This document shows, piece by piece, positions 28,081-37,537 of a stretch of 64,000 bases of DNA. How positions within the stretch are numbered: the stretch's first letter is position 1; each line of letters begins with the position of its first letter. A program made the position numbers and the translations under genes. The stretch is from Bacillales bacterium UBA4855 (lineage in GTDB: Bacteria > Bacillota_I > Bacilli_A > RFN20 > CAG-826), in NCBI GenBank assembly GCA_002399785.1, contig DHEH01000002.1:33265-97264 (forward strand). Reading direction: 5' to 3'. The notes under the pieces were generated by a model. The model was not told where the DNA came from. It made no database searches and saw nothing but the letters and a program-made list of their open reading frames with translations.

Positions 28081-28919
28081 TAAATCTTTACTGAATTAAA
28101 ATAGTTTACAAAAGCATTATCATTTGAGAATGAAATTGTTCCGTTCGCACTAGAAAATGTATATGTGATTTCAACAGTTGAATATGTTTTTTCATTTTCT
28201 GTACCAGCATCAACCGCTGTACCAAATGTCACTACTGCACTAACCCCTCCAACAGCGATACTTAACGCGCTAGGTTCAGTAGCATATTTTGTTTCCATTA
28301 TATGATTAATAATAATTTTAGTGGCCTTTATTGATGTGCTAGTTGTAATAAAATTCGCACCACTCTTTTTAGCTTGAAAAGCATTTAATTCTCCGCCAAT
28401 TAATGGATTATACGAAGAAGCAGCAAAACCAATTAATTTTCCTGCTGCATAATTAAATGTGATTCCACCAACTGTATCTGTTGCTTCATTTACTGTATAA
28501 ACTCCGGTACCACAACCAGCAACCAAGCCAGTACATGAATCTTTTGTTAAAGTAGCAAGTAATTTTTCTTGATCATCTCCGGTGTTATCTCCTCCAGTTG
28601 CTTTTTTAACGACAGTGACTGAAATTGTGCCTTCTAAATTACCAGATTTAGCAATAATTGTTGCAGTTCCTTCAGCGATACCCTTCATTAAACCAGTTGC
28701 AGTAACAGTAACTACATCTGTATTTGAAGATGAAAAACTAATTTCTGTTGCTCCTTCAACAGCAAGTTGTACGGAAGCACCAATTTCAAGTGAACCATTG
28801 TAACCTGTAATAGTTAAATCACCAGTTTCTGCAGTTTGATTTCCGCAACTTGTAACACCAACTCCAACACCTAAAGCCATTAAGCAACATAACGATAAAA
28901 CAAGACTTCTTTTTTTCAT
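28062..28919 (-). CDS. Lipoprotein with one Big_2-type Ig domain and an uncharacterised C-terminal domain
   Basis: The lipobox is VTSC. The Big_2-like stretch is ISFSSSNTDVVTVTATGLMKGIAEGTATIIAKS. Confidence 0.8.
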   Translation of the reverse strand: MKKRSLVLSLCCLMALGVGVGVTSCGNQTAETGDLTITGYNGSLEIGASVQLAVEGATEISFSSSNTDVVTVTATGLMKGIAEGTATIIAKSGNLEGTISVTVVKKATGGDNTGDDQEKLLATLTKDSCTGLVAGCGTGVYTVNEATDTVGGITFNYAAGKLIGFAASSYNPLIGGELNAFQAKKSGANFITTSTSIKATKIIINHIMETKYATEPSALSIAVGGVSAVVTFGTAVDAGTENEKTYSTVEITYTFSSANGTISFSNDNAFVNYFNSVKIYGSINA

Positions 28920-28929
28920 AATTTTCTCC

Positions 28930-30642
28930 TTAAACTCTATGTTTTTTCTTTAATAAAATAAATACAAAAACTCCAACTGCGATTACTAGTAACGCTCCAG
29001 CGAGACTAATACCAACAATTCCTCCAGTCCCTATATTATTTGTATTATTTTTACCAAGTACTTCAATTTCAATAGATGTTTCGTAATTTGTTCCGTTATC
29101 ATCTATTGAAGCAATTATATTTGCTTTTCCATTCTTTAAAGCTTTAACTTTACCAGTATTTGAAACGTTTAATATCTCTTCATCACTACTTTTATAAGTA
29201 ATTTGAGAAGAAGAATTTGTAACATTAACGATGCATTGATATGTTTCGTTTAAATTTAATTTATTTTTAGGATTATAAAAAGAAATTGATGGCTTTTTAT
29301 CGTTTGAGCCAGGATTTACTTCTTCTCCAGATCCAGATCCGGACCCATCATCTGTATTTTCTTTAACAACGACATTAACATTTAATGTTTTTGTGTACTT
29401 TACACCATTTGATTCAAAAGAAAATTCAATAGTTGTACTTCCTGTTTTTAATCCAGTAATAATTTGTGTTTTTGGATCATAAGAACAAATTGATTCATCA
29501 TTGATTTTATATGCAATTGCTCCCTCATATCCTTTTGTAGAGATATCAATTGTTTTTGAATCATCAACAGCAACTTCAATTGTATCTTTAGGAGTCTCAA
29601 TATAAGGTTCATTTATTGTGACAACACAAGTGTCGGAATATGTTTTTCCGGCTTCAACAAAAGAAGCTGTAATTGTTGAATTTCCCTTGCTAATCCCTGT
29701 TATTTTTCCTTTTTGATCAACTATACATACAGATGTATTACTACTATTCCAAGAAATTGTAGAGGTAGAATAAAATTGTTTATAATTTAATTGTTTTGAA
29801 TCATTAATAAAGCAAGATAAATCATCAACTCTTATTGAAGGAGCAATAGATTTACTTCCCCAAATTAAATCAGCATATTCAGGATGATCAACAAAAGGAT
29901 TTCTGTTGTGTTGATTACTAAAAACAACATTGTTTCTATAAATATCCTGATATGTAACTGGATGAGCTTCGTGCCAATCTAAACACAAATCAACACTTGT
30001 CATGTTGTCAGTTATTGAATAACCATATAAAACAGCAGCATACATTGTAACTCTTGCGACCTTGCCTTTTGCCGCATCTGTTGGTTCAAATAATGAACTT
30101 GTGGTGTAATTATCAGTTAATTTTCCATAACAATCTTTGACTTGCGTTCCACCATTAACAATGCCAAGACGTTTATTACTTCTAGCTCCGTTTACTTTAT
30201 TATCGCTAGCAAAAATAACGTGATTATCAGTATCACTGTCTCCAACATCACTAGACCCAGATTTTGATTGAGGGAAAACATGTTCTCTATTCCAGCCAAC
30301 ACTTCCACTAACGTGAGCAGTTTTTTTAAATTTTTGTTGAGAGTAAATTGTAAGAATTGAAGAAGAATCACCTTCAGCTTCATCAGCACTTTCGTATCTT
30401 GACCAATCATAAGAACGTTTCAAATCCTTTGATAGAATTGTTTTAAGTTTAGCTTTTAATTCGTCGCCAACTAATCCAGTACATGAATCATAATAGTCGC
30501 CTTCAGTCGAAGTTTGTTCTCCGTTCCATACAAAAGTAGCAGATTTATTTGGTATAGTTATATTGCTTGAATTTTGAAAGCCAAAAAATGTTGTTCCGAT
30601 TATGAATACAGCAAGCAAAATCTTTTTACATTTCATTCTCAA
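28930..30642 (-). CDS. Membrane-anchored nuclease: Endonuclease I family domain, three Big_2-type repeats, C-terminal TM anchor
   Basis: It has an N-terminal signal or TM segment with no lipobox. Endonuclease-I motifs read GDYYDSCTGLVG, WNREHVFPQS, NHVIFASDNKVNGARSN, FEPTDAAKGKVARVTMYAAVLY and HNRNPFVDHPEY. A GSGSGSG linker is present. The C-terminus is GIVGISLAGALLVIAVGVFVFILLKKKHRV. Confidence 0.85.
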   Translation of the reverse strand: MRMKCKKILLAVFIIGTTFFGFQNSSNITIPNKSATFVWNGEQTSTEGDYYDSCTGLVGDELKAKLKTILSKDLKRSYDWSRYESADEAEGDSSSILTIYSQQKFKKTAHVSGSVGWNREHVFPQSKSGSSDVGDSDTDNHVIFASDNKVNGARSNKRLGIVNGGTQVKDCYGKLTDNYTTSSLFEPTDAAKGKVARVTMYAAVLYGYSITDNMTSVDLCLDWHEAHPVTYQDIYRNNVVFSNQHNRNPFVDHPEYADLIWGSKSIAPSIRVDDLSCFINDSKQLNYKQFYSTSTISWNSSNTSVCIVDQKGKITGISKGNSTITASFVEAGKTYSDTCVVTINEPYIETPKDTIEVAVDDSKTIDISTKGYEGAIAYKINDESICSYDPKTQIITGLKTGSTTIEFSFESNGVKYTKTLNVNVVVKENTDDGSGSGSGEEVNPGSNDKKPSISFYNPKNKLNLNETYQCIVNVTNSSSQITYKSSDEEILNVSNTGKVKALKNGKANIIASIDDNGTNYETSIEIEVLGKNNTNNIGTGGIVGISLAGALLVIAVGVFVFILLKKKHRV

Positions 30643-30743
30643 ACCGCCTTAATTTTAAAGTATATCAAATACGTATGTAGATTTTAACCACAAAAAACAA
30701 AATCACAAAAAAAGTAGGATTTATGGTCAAATTTTATATATAT

Positions 30744-32216
30744 TTATAGATTCTTAAAATCGAAACTAATTGATTTAAAATAACATGCATAAGACGATGT
30801 ATTACTAATTTCGAAATATGTCGCATCACTCAAAGTAAATACCCCATTTTCACCAACAACTTCTTCTAAATTATTTTTAGAAGTTCCAGCTTTTACAGTT
30901 ATAGTTCCATCATAACCTTTATTTTCAACAATCTGATCAAAAGTTATAGAAGATAAAGGAGGTAATTCATAAATATTTTCAAAATGAGATTCTGTTTTTC
31001 TAAATTGAATCGCCTCAACTGTTTCAAAGCCCTTTTTGATTAAAGTTGTAGAATAGTTCATTCCACCTTTATTAAATATAGCTCCATCTTTTCCGTATTC
31101 ACTTGCACTTGAAACATAAAAATCAGTTGGAAGCAATTCTATATCTGCCGTAATGTTATCAACTGGAGCTGGTTCAGTAGTATCTATGTATATATAACCA
31201 TCAACATTAAAATAGCCTTCAAATAAATAAACATCGATGAAGAAATATTTGTTTTCTTCTAAATCCTTTTCAAAATAAAATTCTTCCTCAGTTGAATTAG
31301 CCTCATCAAAAACAAAATTATCTTGTGTTTTCATAAATTCAGCATAATCTTTAACAGCATCTAATTTTTCAGTCGAAGAACAATAACTAACTCCATCAAT
31401 ATCAGTAGTCGTTCCAAATCCTTTAAGATAAAGTGGTTCTAAATAAGAATTTTCGATATAAAAATAAGGTATATGAAGATCTTTTCCAATATTATCATCC
31501 ATATATTTTTTATCTTCATCCGACCAATCGGTTGGGATATCAGCATCAATTCCGGCATAAATTTCAAATTTGTCTTCATTGTTTAAAAAATAAAGATATC
31601 CATTTTTTTCATCTAAGTTTAATTCGTAATATGCCAATTCTTCTGAACTAGAAGTTGATAAATAGGACCATGTGTCGTTTCCTTCTAAAACTGTTTTATA
31701 TTTGGAAATTGCATTGGCTTTATCAATTGTTTCACCAATAATTGAAATATATTTTTGGCTAGCGTTTCTATCTATTCCTTTCTTAGCTTCGTAAGAAACA
31801 AAATCATTAAAGAAAGGAATTGAAATTATATCACCAAAAACATCATCTATTATTTCTTTGGTATCTTCGTTCCGGTTAGTTGCAATTTGATCAACTATTT
31901 TAAACGATCCAACAACCTTATTTTCACCTTTAACAAGCAAAAACACTAGTGAATCCTCATTTAAATTATTTATATATGAGGTCCCGTTTATTGACAAAGT
32001 TTCAAGTTTATAATTAGCATTAGGAGTTATTGTAAGAGTGATTTTATCTCCAACATTGCCTTTATTTTTATCGGCAGAAATTGTTCCGTTTTGTCCTGCT
32101 TCAATAACAACATTACATTCATCAGTTGAAACAGTAACTTCTTCATTATTACAAGACGAAACGACAAAACCTATGCATAATGCTATTGAAAGCATAAGTA
32201 TATTTCTTTTCTTCAT
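30744..32216 (-). CDS. Lipoprotein of unknown function with one B-repeat-like module
   Basis: The ORF track uses TTG 32234. ATG 32216, preceded by GTGAGGT, gives MKKRNILMLSIALCIGFVVSSCNN (lipobox VSSC). The module reads GQNGTISADKNKGNVGDKITLTITPNANYKLETLSINGTS. Confidence 0.75.
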   Translation of the reverse strand: MKKRNILMLSIALCIGFVVSSCNNEEVTVSTDECNVVIEAGQNGTISADKNKGNVGDKITLTITPNANYKLETLSINGTSYINNLNEDSLVFLLVKGENKVVGSFKIVDQIATNRNEDTKEIIDDVFGDIISIPFFNDFVSYEAKKGIDRNASQKYISIIGETIDKANAISKYKTVLEGNDTWSYLSTSSSEELAYYELNLDEKNGYLYFLNNEDKFEIYAGIDADIPTDWSDEDKKYMDDNIGKDLHIPYFYIENSYLEPLYLKGFGTTTDIDGVSYCSSTEKLDAVKDYAEFMKTQDNFVFDEANSTEEEFYFEKDLEENKYFFIDVYLFEGYFNVDGYIYIDTTEPAPVDNITADIELLPTDFYVSSASEYGKDGAIFNKGGMNYSTTLIKKGFETVEAIQFRKTESHFENIYELPPLSSITFDQIVENKGYDGTITVKAGTSKNNLEEVVGENGVFTLSDATYFEISNTSSYACYFKSISFDFKNL

Positions 32217-32312
32217 TATTTTTACCTCACTCAAAAATTATATATAAATTAGTATTAAGTTTGTATAAATAAAAAAACCAACCCCGCATCTGAGATTGGA
32301 ATTTTCTAAATT

Positions 32313-32388
32313 TGGTGATCCGCCGGAGAATCGAACTCCGGACCCACTGATTAAGAGTCAGTTGCTCTACCAGCTGAGCTAGCGGACC
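32313..32388 (-). tRNA. tRNA-Lys (anticodon CUU), CCA encoded
   Basis: I folded the cloverleaf by hand. The acceptor is GGTCCGC/GCGGATC (one G-U pair) and the D arm is GCTC-AGCTGGTA-GAGC. The anticodon stem ACTGA/TCAGT carries loop CT-CTT-AA. The T arm is CGGAG-TTCGATT-CTCCG, with discriminator A and CCA. The length is 76 nt. Confidence 0.93.
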
Positions 32389-32402
32389 AAATGCGCTTTA
32401 AT

Positions 32403-32431
32403 AATATATAATAAATGACACATTAAAGCAA
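32403..32431 (-). promoter_or_regulatory. Candidate promoter of tRNA-Lys (TTGCTT-17 nt-TATATT)
   Basis: The -35 is at 32426-32431 and the -10 at 32403-32408 on the minus strand. The -10 is 14 nt upstream of the mature 5' end. Confidence 0.4.
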
Positions 32432-32440
32432 ATATTTTTA

Positions 32441-34105
32441 TTAGAAGTGATTAGCGCCGACATAGCCTAAATATTCAGTTAAACAATCTTGCGGAGTGTA
32501 ACCAACATATTCAGTATACATTCCTGTTTTTGCATAACTTTCGGCAACATAACTTATTGTTGCAGCATAATAATATCCACCAACCGATACTTCTGAACCA
32601 GAATAACCATTATAATTTTTTTGTCTTTTTACTTCGGTCGAAGTCATTTTCCAAACAGTAAGGGCATTTTCAAAAGGACACATACTAAATAAATCACGAG
32701 CATTAAAATCTCCAGCAACAATCGTGTTTCTTATTCCCCCCAAATTATGGAAAGCAATGGACATTTCTTGACCACCGAATTTTGATACATTTTTATTCAT
32801 AAACCAAAGTAACGATTCACAAACAATCGTTAACACTTCCTCTTTAGAATAAGAATTTGTAAATTTATAAATTATTTTATCTGGATCACCAATAACAGCC
32901 GAATATTTAGTTAGCAAGTTTGAAATATCGGTATTTTCAACTGTGCAAGTGGAATAAGCGTTTATACTTGATTTTTGAGCTACAGCATTTTGAAAAACAT
33001 AATCATTACCATCTTTTTTAAAATTAAAATCAATTCGAGCAATGTTTTTTCCATTACATCCACCTTCTGCAAAAGGAATATTATTATAAGTGCCATATTT
33101 AATCCAATGATCGTGAGCAAAAAACATTGCGTCAACATATGCTTTATTTGATACAGTACTAATTTGAGTTAAATCATTGAATTTCGTTGGTTCTGATTGA
33201 GTTTTTGAATCATAACCTTCGTCGTGACTTGCTAAAACCACCACATCACAACCTTGACTCCTAAGTAAATCACTTTGAGTTTTAATAAAATCATTTGGTT
33301 CTGGCCAATAATAATTATCAGCGACAGATTTTAATATAGAAGTTCCTAAATCTTGTTGTGCAGAACCAATAATTCCAAATTTTATACCAGATTTTTCAAA
33401 AATGGCTGAAGGAACAACAAAATCAACTAATTGTTTGTTGTCTGTAGCTTTAAATGTATTGCACGAAAGCAAAGGAAAATTCATTAGAGTTTTATTAGCA
33501 ATTATTTTCTCTTCACCCCAATCAAATTCATGATTTCCTAAAACCATCGCATCAAAACCAGCAATATTCATGGCTTCAACCATAATATTCCCACGAGTTT
33601 TATTAGATTCAATTCCGCCTTGAAACATATCTCCACACGAAATAATTACATTATCTGTACTTTTATTTTTTAAGTATTCGCCAATATAAGCCATACCTGC
33701 AAAGCCTTGTTCTGAATCTCTTGTGAAGGCGCCATGAGTATCATTAATTGAATAAATAGAAACACTTTTATCAGTTGGAGAATCATCAATATTACCAAGA
33801 ACTTTAATATTAATAACAGCTTGTTTATATGATTCTTGAGTTATAAAAATTTCAAAATCCCCTGCCAAAGTGGCTTTAAATCCTTCTAACTCACTAGGAA
33901 GAACAACTTCATAATCTAATGTAAATTCTTTAGTGTCGCTCTCCTGAACCTTCATTCCATCAAGAGAAATTTTGTCTCCAACGTTATATGAGGTTTTAGT
34001 TGGTTGTTCAATAATCAATAAAGACTTATCTACTACTTGCACTTCGCAAGCAACCAAAAGAAATACAACCGGAAGAAAAGCTAAAGGGATAAATTTCTTT
34101 TTCAT
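32441..34105 (-). CDS. Lipoprotein 5'-nucleotidase / metallophosphoesterase (UshA/YfkN-like)
   Basis: The lipobox is LVAC. The calcineurin-like metal motifs appear in order: SINDTHGAF, GDMFQGG, GNHEFDWG, VLASHDEG and FFAHDHW. A C-terminal substrate-binding-type domain follows. Confidence 0.85.
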   Translation of the reverse strand: MKKKFIPLAFLPVVFLLVACEVQVVDKSLLIIEQPTKTSYNVGDKISLDGMKVQESDTKEFTLDYEVVLPSELEGFKATLAGDFEIFITQESYKQAVINIKVLGNIDDSPTDKSVSIYSINDTHGAFTRDSEQGFAGMAYIGEYLKNKSTDNVIISCGDMFQGGIESNKTRGNIMVEAMNIAGFDAMVLGNHEFDWGEEKIIANKTLMNFPLLSCNTFKATDNKQLVDFVVPSAIFEKSGIKFGIIGSAQQDLGTSILKSVADNYYWPEPNDFIKTQSDLLRSQGCDVVVLASHDEGYDSKTQSEPTKFNDLTQISTVSNKAYVDAMFFAHDHWIKYGTYNNIPFAEGGCNGKNIARIDFNFKKDGNDYVFQNAVAQKSSINAYSTCTVENTDISNLLTKYSAVIGDPDKIIYKFTNSYSKEEVLTIVCESLLWFMNKNVSKFGGQEMSIAFHNLGGIRNTIVAGDFNARDLFSMCPFENALTVWKMTSTEVKRQKNYNGYSGSEVSVGGYYYAATISYVAESYAKTGMYTEYVGYTPQDCLTEYLGYVGANHF

Positions 34106-34144
34106 AGTTCTATAATATTAGCAACTTTTAATCAATAAGCAATA

Positions 34145-35440
34145 TTATTTGCTCCCACCAATGAACTCAGCAGTTCTTTTGTTCTTTGGATGATTAAATA
34201 CTTGATCAGGATTTCCTTCTTCAACTACGTATCCATCTTCCATAAATAAAACTTTATTAGCAACATTTTTAGCGAAATTCATTTCGTGAGTTACAACAAT
34301 CATCGTCATTCCTTCGTCAGCTAATTTTTTCATAACTTGAAGGACTTCATTGACCATTTCAGGGTCAAGAGCACTTGTAGGTTCATCAAATAAAACAATA
34401 TCAGGATTCATACACATTGCTCGAGCAATGGCAACTCTTTGTTTTTGGCCACCACTAATTTCGTTCACTCTATAATGCATTCTATCTTGCATCCCAACTG
34501 TTTTTAATGCATTTTTAGCAATTTCAATTGCTTCTTTCTTTGAATTATGAAGAACTTTCGTTTGACCTAAAACACAATTTCCTAAAACATCATAATTATT
34601 AAATAAATTAAAAGATTGAAAAACCATAGTTATTTTCGCTCTAACTAAATTGATATCAATATTATTAATAGTGCCTTTTAATTCATTTATTTTTTTAGAA
34701 GTATCTTCTCTAGATTCAACAATTCTAGCTTCAATTTCATGTTTTAAATTAGCCTTTAATTGTTTTCTTTTCTCAACAATTTCCTCATAATTAACTTTTG
34801 TTCGTTCTTGAACAGCTTTCTCTTTCAAAGAAACTTTTAAGTTTTTATAAAGATCTTCTAATTTTTTTAATCCTTCATTATGTTCGTTTTTCATTTCAGA
34901 AGTAGGGTGTTTAACAGCTTTAAATTCTTCTTCAAAAACATCGATCTTATGTTTAAAATCGCTTAGTTGAGCTTTATCTGGATTGATTGTTCTATTAAAT
35001 TCATTATGTAAATCTTTTTCATATTGTTTTTGATCTAAACTTAATTTATTAATTTGGAAAATTGCTGAGTTGTCAATACGATCAAAAGAAGAATTTATAG
35101 CATCGATTTTAATGTTTCTTTCGGTGATAATTTTTTCAATATCCCCTGCAAAAGCCCCTTCTTTTTTTAATTTGGCAATTTTTATATCATATTCTTTTTT
35201 AATTTCGTTTGCTTCTTTAAAACTTGCTCTTGTAGGAATATTTGATTGGTAAAATATTTCTCCATCAGTTGGATTCTCAAGTAAATTGACACATCTTAAG
35301 AATGTGGATTTTCCACTTCCACTAGGCCCTATAATTGCAATGACATCACCTTTTTTTACTTCTAACGAAATATCTTTTAAAACACTTGTTGTACCGAAAT
35401 CTTTTTTTAAATGACGCACAGATAAAATTGAATGTTCCAT
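34145..35440 (-). CDS. Polar amino-acid ABC transporter ATP-binding protein (GlnQ/HisP-like) with a ~200-aa K/E-rich insertion
   Basis: Walker A is GPSGSGKST and LENPTDGEI follows. About 200 charged, heptad-looking residues come next. Then come [39 protein letters not shown] and VTHEM. Confidence 0.88.
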   Translation of the reverse strand: MEHSILSVRHLKKDFGTTSVLKDISLEVKKGDVIAIIGPSGSGKSTFLRCVNLLENPTDGEIFYQSNIPTRASFKEANEIKKEYDIKIAKLKKEGAFAGDIEKIITERNIKIDAINSSFDRIDNSAIFQINKLSLDQKQYEKDLHNEFNRTINPDKAQLSDFKHKIDVFEEEFKAVKHPTSEMKNEHNEGLKKLEDLYKNLKVSLKEKAVQERTKVNYEEIVEKRKQLKANLKHEIEARIVESREDTSKKINELKGTINNIDINLVRAKITMVFQSFNLFNNYDVLGNCVLGQTKVLHNSKKEAIEIAKNALKTVGMQDRMHYRVNEISGGQKQRVAIARAMCMNPDIVLFDEPTSALDPEMVNEVLQVMKKLADEGMTMIVVTHEMNFAKNVANKVLFMEDGYVVEEGNPDQVFNHPKNKRTAEFIGGSK

Positions 35441-35443
35441 AAA

Positions 35444-36223
35444 TTACTTTGCCTCACTTATTTTATAATGTTTAAAAGGATTTATATGTATTTCTTTACC
35501 ATCCATTTTATTTTCAATTAATTTTAAAATACCTGTCGATAATAACGTTAAAATTAAATAAATAAAGGCAATAATTACATAAGTTCCAATTTGGTTATAA
35601 GTATTAACGCTTATATCTTTAGAAATATAGAATAATTCAGTAACACCAATAACATTTAAGACACTAGAATCCTTTATATTAACAATTAATTCATTACCGA
35701 TTGTAGGTAAAGAATTTCTTAAAGCTTGAGGGAGAACAACTATGCTTAAACGAGTAAAAGAACCCATCCCAATACTTTTTGCACCTTCTTCTTGACCTTT
35801 ATCAACGCCATTTAAACCACTTCTAACAATTTCGCACATATAAGCCGCGGTATTGAAGGAAATAACAATTAATCCAGCTACTAACCAACCATCTAAAACT
35901 GGAACACCATATAAAATATTAGTCCAATTTATACCAATTAATACGCAAGCAGCTTTAAAAATTAAAGCTTGAACCATCATTGGTGTACCTCTTAAAACAA
36001 CTGAATAAATATTGCATAAAGCAATAATAAATCTCTTTAAAACTCTCAAACCCTTTCTATCGACATCATTTACTTTTAAATTTTTACCTAAACCTAAAAG
36101 TATACCTAATAACAAGCCAACAACCGTACCAATAATTGCAAGTATTATTGTTGCAGCAACACCTTGAAGTAACTGAAGCCAATAATTGGCAAATATGAAA
36201 CCTATTCCCTCAAAAAATTCCAT
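35444..36223 (-). CDS. Polar amino-acid ABC transporter permease (HisM/GlnP-like)
   Basis: The protein is multi-TM, with an EAA-like stretch GQEEGAKSIGMGSFTRLSIVVLPQALR. The ORF track uses GTG 36232. ATG 36223, 6 nt after AGGTG, is more likely. Confidence 0.85.
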   Translation of the reverse strand: MEFFEGIGFIFANYWLQLLQGVAATIILAIIGTVVGLLLGILLGLGKNLKVNDVDRKGLRVLKRFIIALCNIYSVVLRGTPMMVQALIFKAACVLIGINWTNILYGVPVLDGWLVAGLIVISFNTAAYMCEIVRSGLNGVDKGQEEGAKSIGMGSFTRLSIVVLPQALRNSLPTIGNELIVNIKDSSVLNVIGVTELFYISKDISVNTYNQIGTYVIIAFIYLILTLLSTGILKLIENKMDGKEIHINPFKHYKISEAK

Positions 36224-36235
36224 TGTTAACACCTA

Positions 36236-37111
36236 TTATTCACTTGCGTTAACACTTCTATCAATAGCACTGGTCATTAATTCTAATCTTTTTTCTGTAG
36301 TAATTTTTGCTAAAGAAGCGTTTAAGGCTTCTTGTAATTCTATATTACCTTTTTTAATACCTATAGAAACACCTAATTCAGCTTGTTTATCGCCTAAAAT
36401 TGTTTGATCAATGTGTACTAATCCTAAAGTTGTCGAATTTGCAGCAACAATCGATTTAGCAACTGGTAATTCAGCAGTCATAGCAAAAGCATTGCCGTTT
36501 TTAACATCGTTTGCAGCTGTTCCGAAGGAATCGACAGCATTTGCATGTCTAGCTCCATAACTAACAAACACATCACTAATCATTGTATCGGTAACGGTAC
36601 CTTGTTGAGACTCAATAATTTGTCCATTAACAAAAGTTCTAAAATCATCTTTACTTACTGGTGATTCATCGCTATTTCCAGCTGGAACATTTGCTAATTT
36701 AGTAACAAAAACAAGCTCACTTCTATAATATTCATTAGTAAAATCAATTTGTTTTTGTCTTTCTTCAGTGTCGGTCATACCAGCAATAATGCAATTAATG
36801 GTTCCTCCAGAAAGATCGACAGTTAAAGAGTCCCAAACTGTTTTTCTAATAACTACTTCTTTACCTAAATCTTCACTTAATAATTTAGCAATAGCAATAT
36901 CGTAACCATCAGCATATTGACCGCTCTTTCCATCAACTGGTAAAGTGAAGTCGTTTGCTTGATATTGAGTCCAGTTAAATGGTGCGTAATTGCATTCCAT
37001 TCCTATGACTAGACGTGAATTATCAACGGATGAATTGCATCCTGTTGAACTAATAGCAACACCGCACAAAATGGCTGAAGCTATTACGAAGTTTCTCATT
37101 AATTTTTTCAT
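36236..37111 (-). CDS. Polar amino-acid ABC substrate-binding lipoprotein (family 3); lysine is the predicted ligand because of the upstream riboswitch
   Basis: ATG 37111 is preceded by AAGGAGGAA (37121-37129) and gives MKKLMRNFVIASAILCGVAISSTGCNSS (lipobox STGC). The ORF-track start at 37150 lies inside the leader terminator. Confidence 0.85.
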   Translation of the reverse strand: MKKLMRNFVIASAILCGVAISSTGCNSSVDNSRLVIGMECNYAPFNWTQYQANDFTLPVDGKSGQYADGYDIAIAKLLSEDLGKEVVIRKTVWDSLTVDLSGGTINCIIAGMTDTEERQKQIDFTNEYYRSELVFVTKLANVPAGNSDESPVSKDDFRTFVNGQIIESQQGTVTDTMISDVFVSYGARHANAVDSFGTAANDVKNGNAFAMTAELPVAKSIVAANSTTLGLVHIDQTILGDKQAELGVSIGIKKGNIELQEALNASLAKITTEKRLELMTSAIDRSVNASE

Positions 37112-37134
37112 ACTATATTTTTCCTCCTTATTAA

Positions 37135-37168
37135 TGAAAAAAGATTGCATCCTAACCGATGCAATCTT
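37135..37168 (-). terminator. Expression-platform terminator of the lysine riboswitch
   Basis: The minus strand reads AAGATTGCATC-ggttag-GATGCAATCTT followed by TTTTTC. It lies between the aptamer and the SD. Confidence 0.75.
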
Positions 37169-37201
37169 TCATAATTTCATTAAAAATTAAGGATTAACAT
37201 C

Positions 37202-37354
37202 GATAGCGCCTCTACAAAATGTAGGAGTCTATAGGAGTGTTCCTCCATAGCCCAATCTTACTAGATACCTCTAGTGAGTTTCGGCAGCTTCGCCTTTCAT
37301 TAGTCTCATCGGATGTCTCCTCAACTAATTACTAATCTCAGTTGCGCCTCTATC
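37202..37354 (-). promoter_or_regulatory. Lysine riboswitch (L-box) aptamer
   Basis: The minus strand reads GATAGAGGCGCAACTGAGATTAGTA..GAGGAGA..TGAAAGGCGAAGCTGCCGAAAC..ATTGGG..GGAGGAAC..GAGGCGCTATC. It shares the conserved blocks I recall from B. subtilis lysC and T. maritima L-boxes (AGAGGCGC, GAGTA, GGAGA, GAAAGG-G-GCCGAAG). P1 is closed by GATAG/CTATC. Confidence 0.78.
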
Positions 37355-37367
37355 AATCTTCGTTTTA

Positions 37368-37395
37368 ATTATAAAGAAAATATATTTTTTGTAAA
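37368..37395 (-). promoter_or_regulatory. Promoter of the riboswitch-controlled operon (TTTACA-16 nt-TATAAT)
   Basis: The -10 is at 37368-37373 and the -35 at 37390-37395 on the minus strand. The -10 is about 10-15 nt upstream of the aptamer. Confidence 0.55.
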
Positions 37396-37537
37396 TAAGA
37401 AATTTTTATAAATTTTTAACAAAAATTTTTGAATTAGATTAAAAAACAAAATAGTTTGACCAATACCATTGCTTTAAGCGAGCTAAACAACAAAAAAATT
37501 GGAATTTAAATTATTGATTTTATAGCTTATAACCTCG

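Noticed and set aside
29325-29350. A short GATCCA/GATCCG repeat as a variable tandem repeat or phase-variation site.
   Set aside because: It encodes a GSGSGSG inter-domain linker. There are only about 3-4 imperfect units and their length is in frame.
30744-32388. tRNA-Lys as the integration site of a genomic island carrying the nuclease cluster.
   Set aside because: I could not find an integrase, a direct repeat of the tRNA 3' end or any mobility gene on either side. Composition looks the same as in the rest of the window.
37112-37150. The N-terminal extension MQSFFINKEEKYS of the amino-acid binding protein proposed by the ORF track.
   Set aside because: These codons coincide with the riboswitch terminator stem and T-tract and lie upstream of the strong AAGGAGGAA site. 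The signal peptide begins at the second Met (37111).
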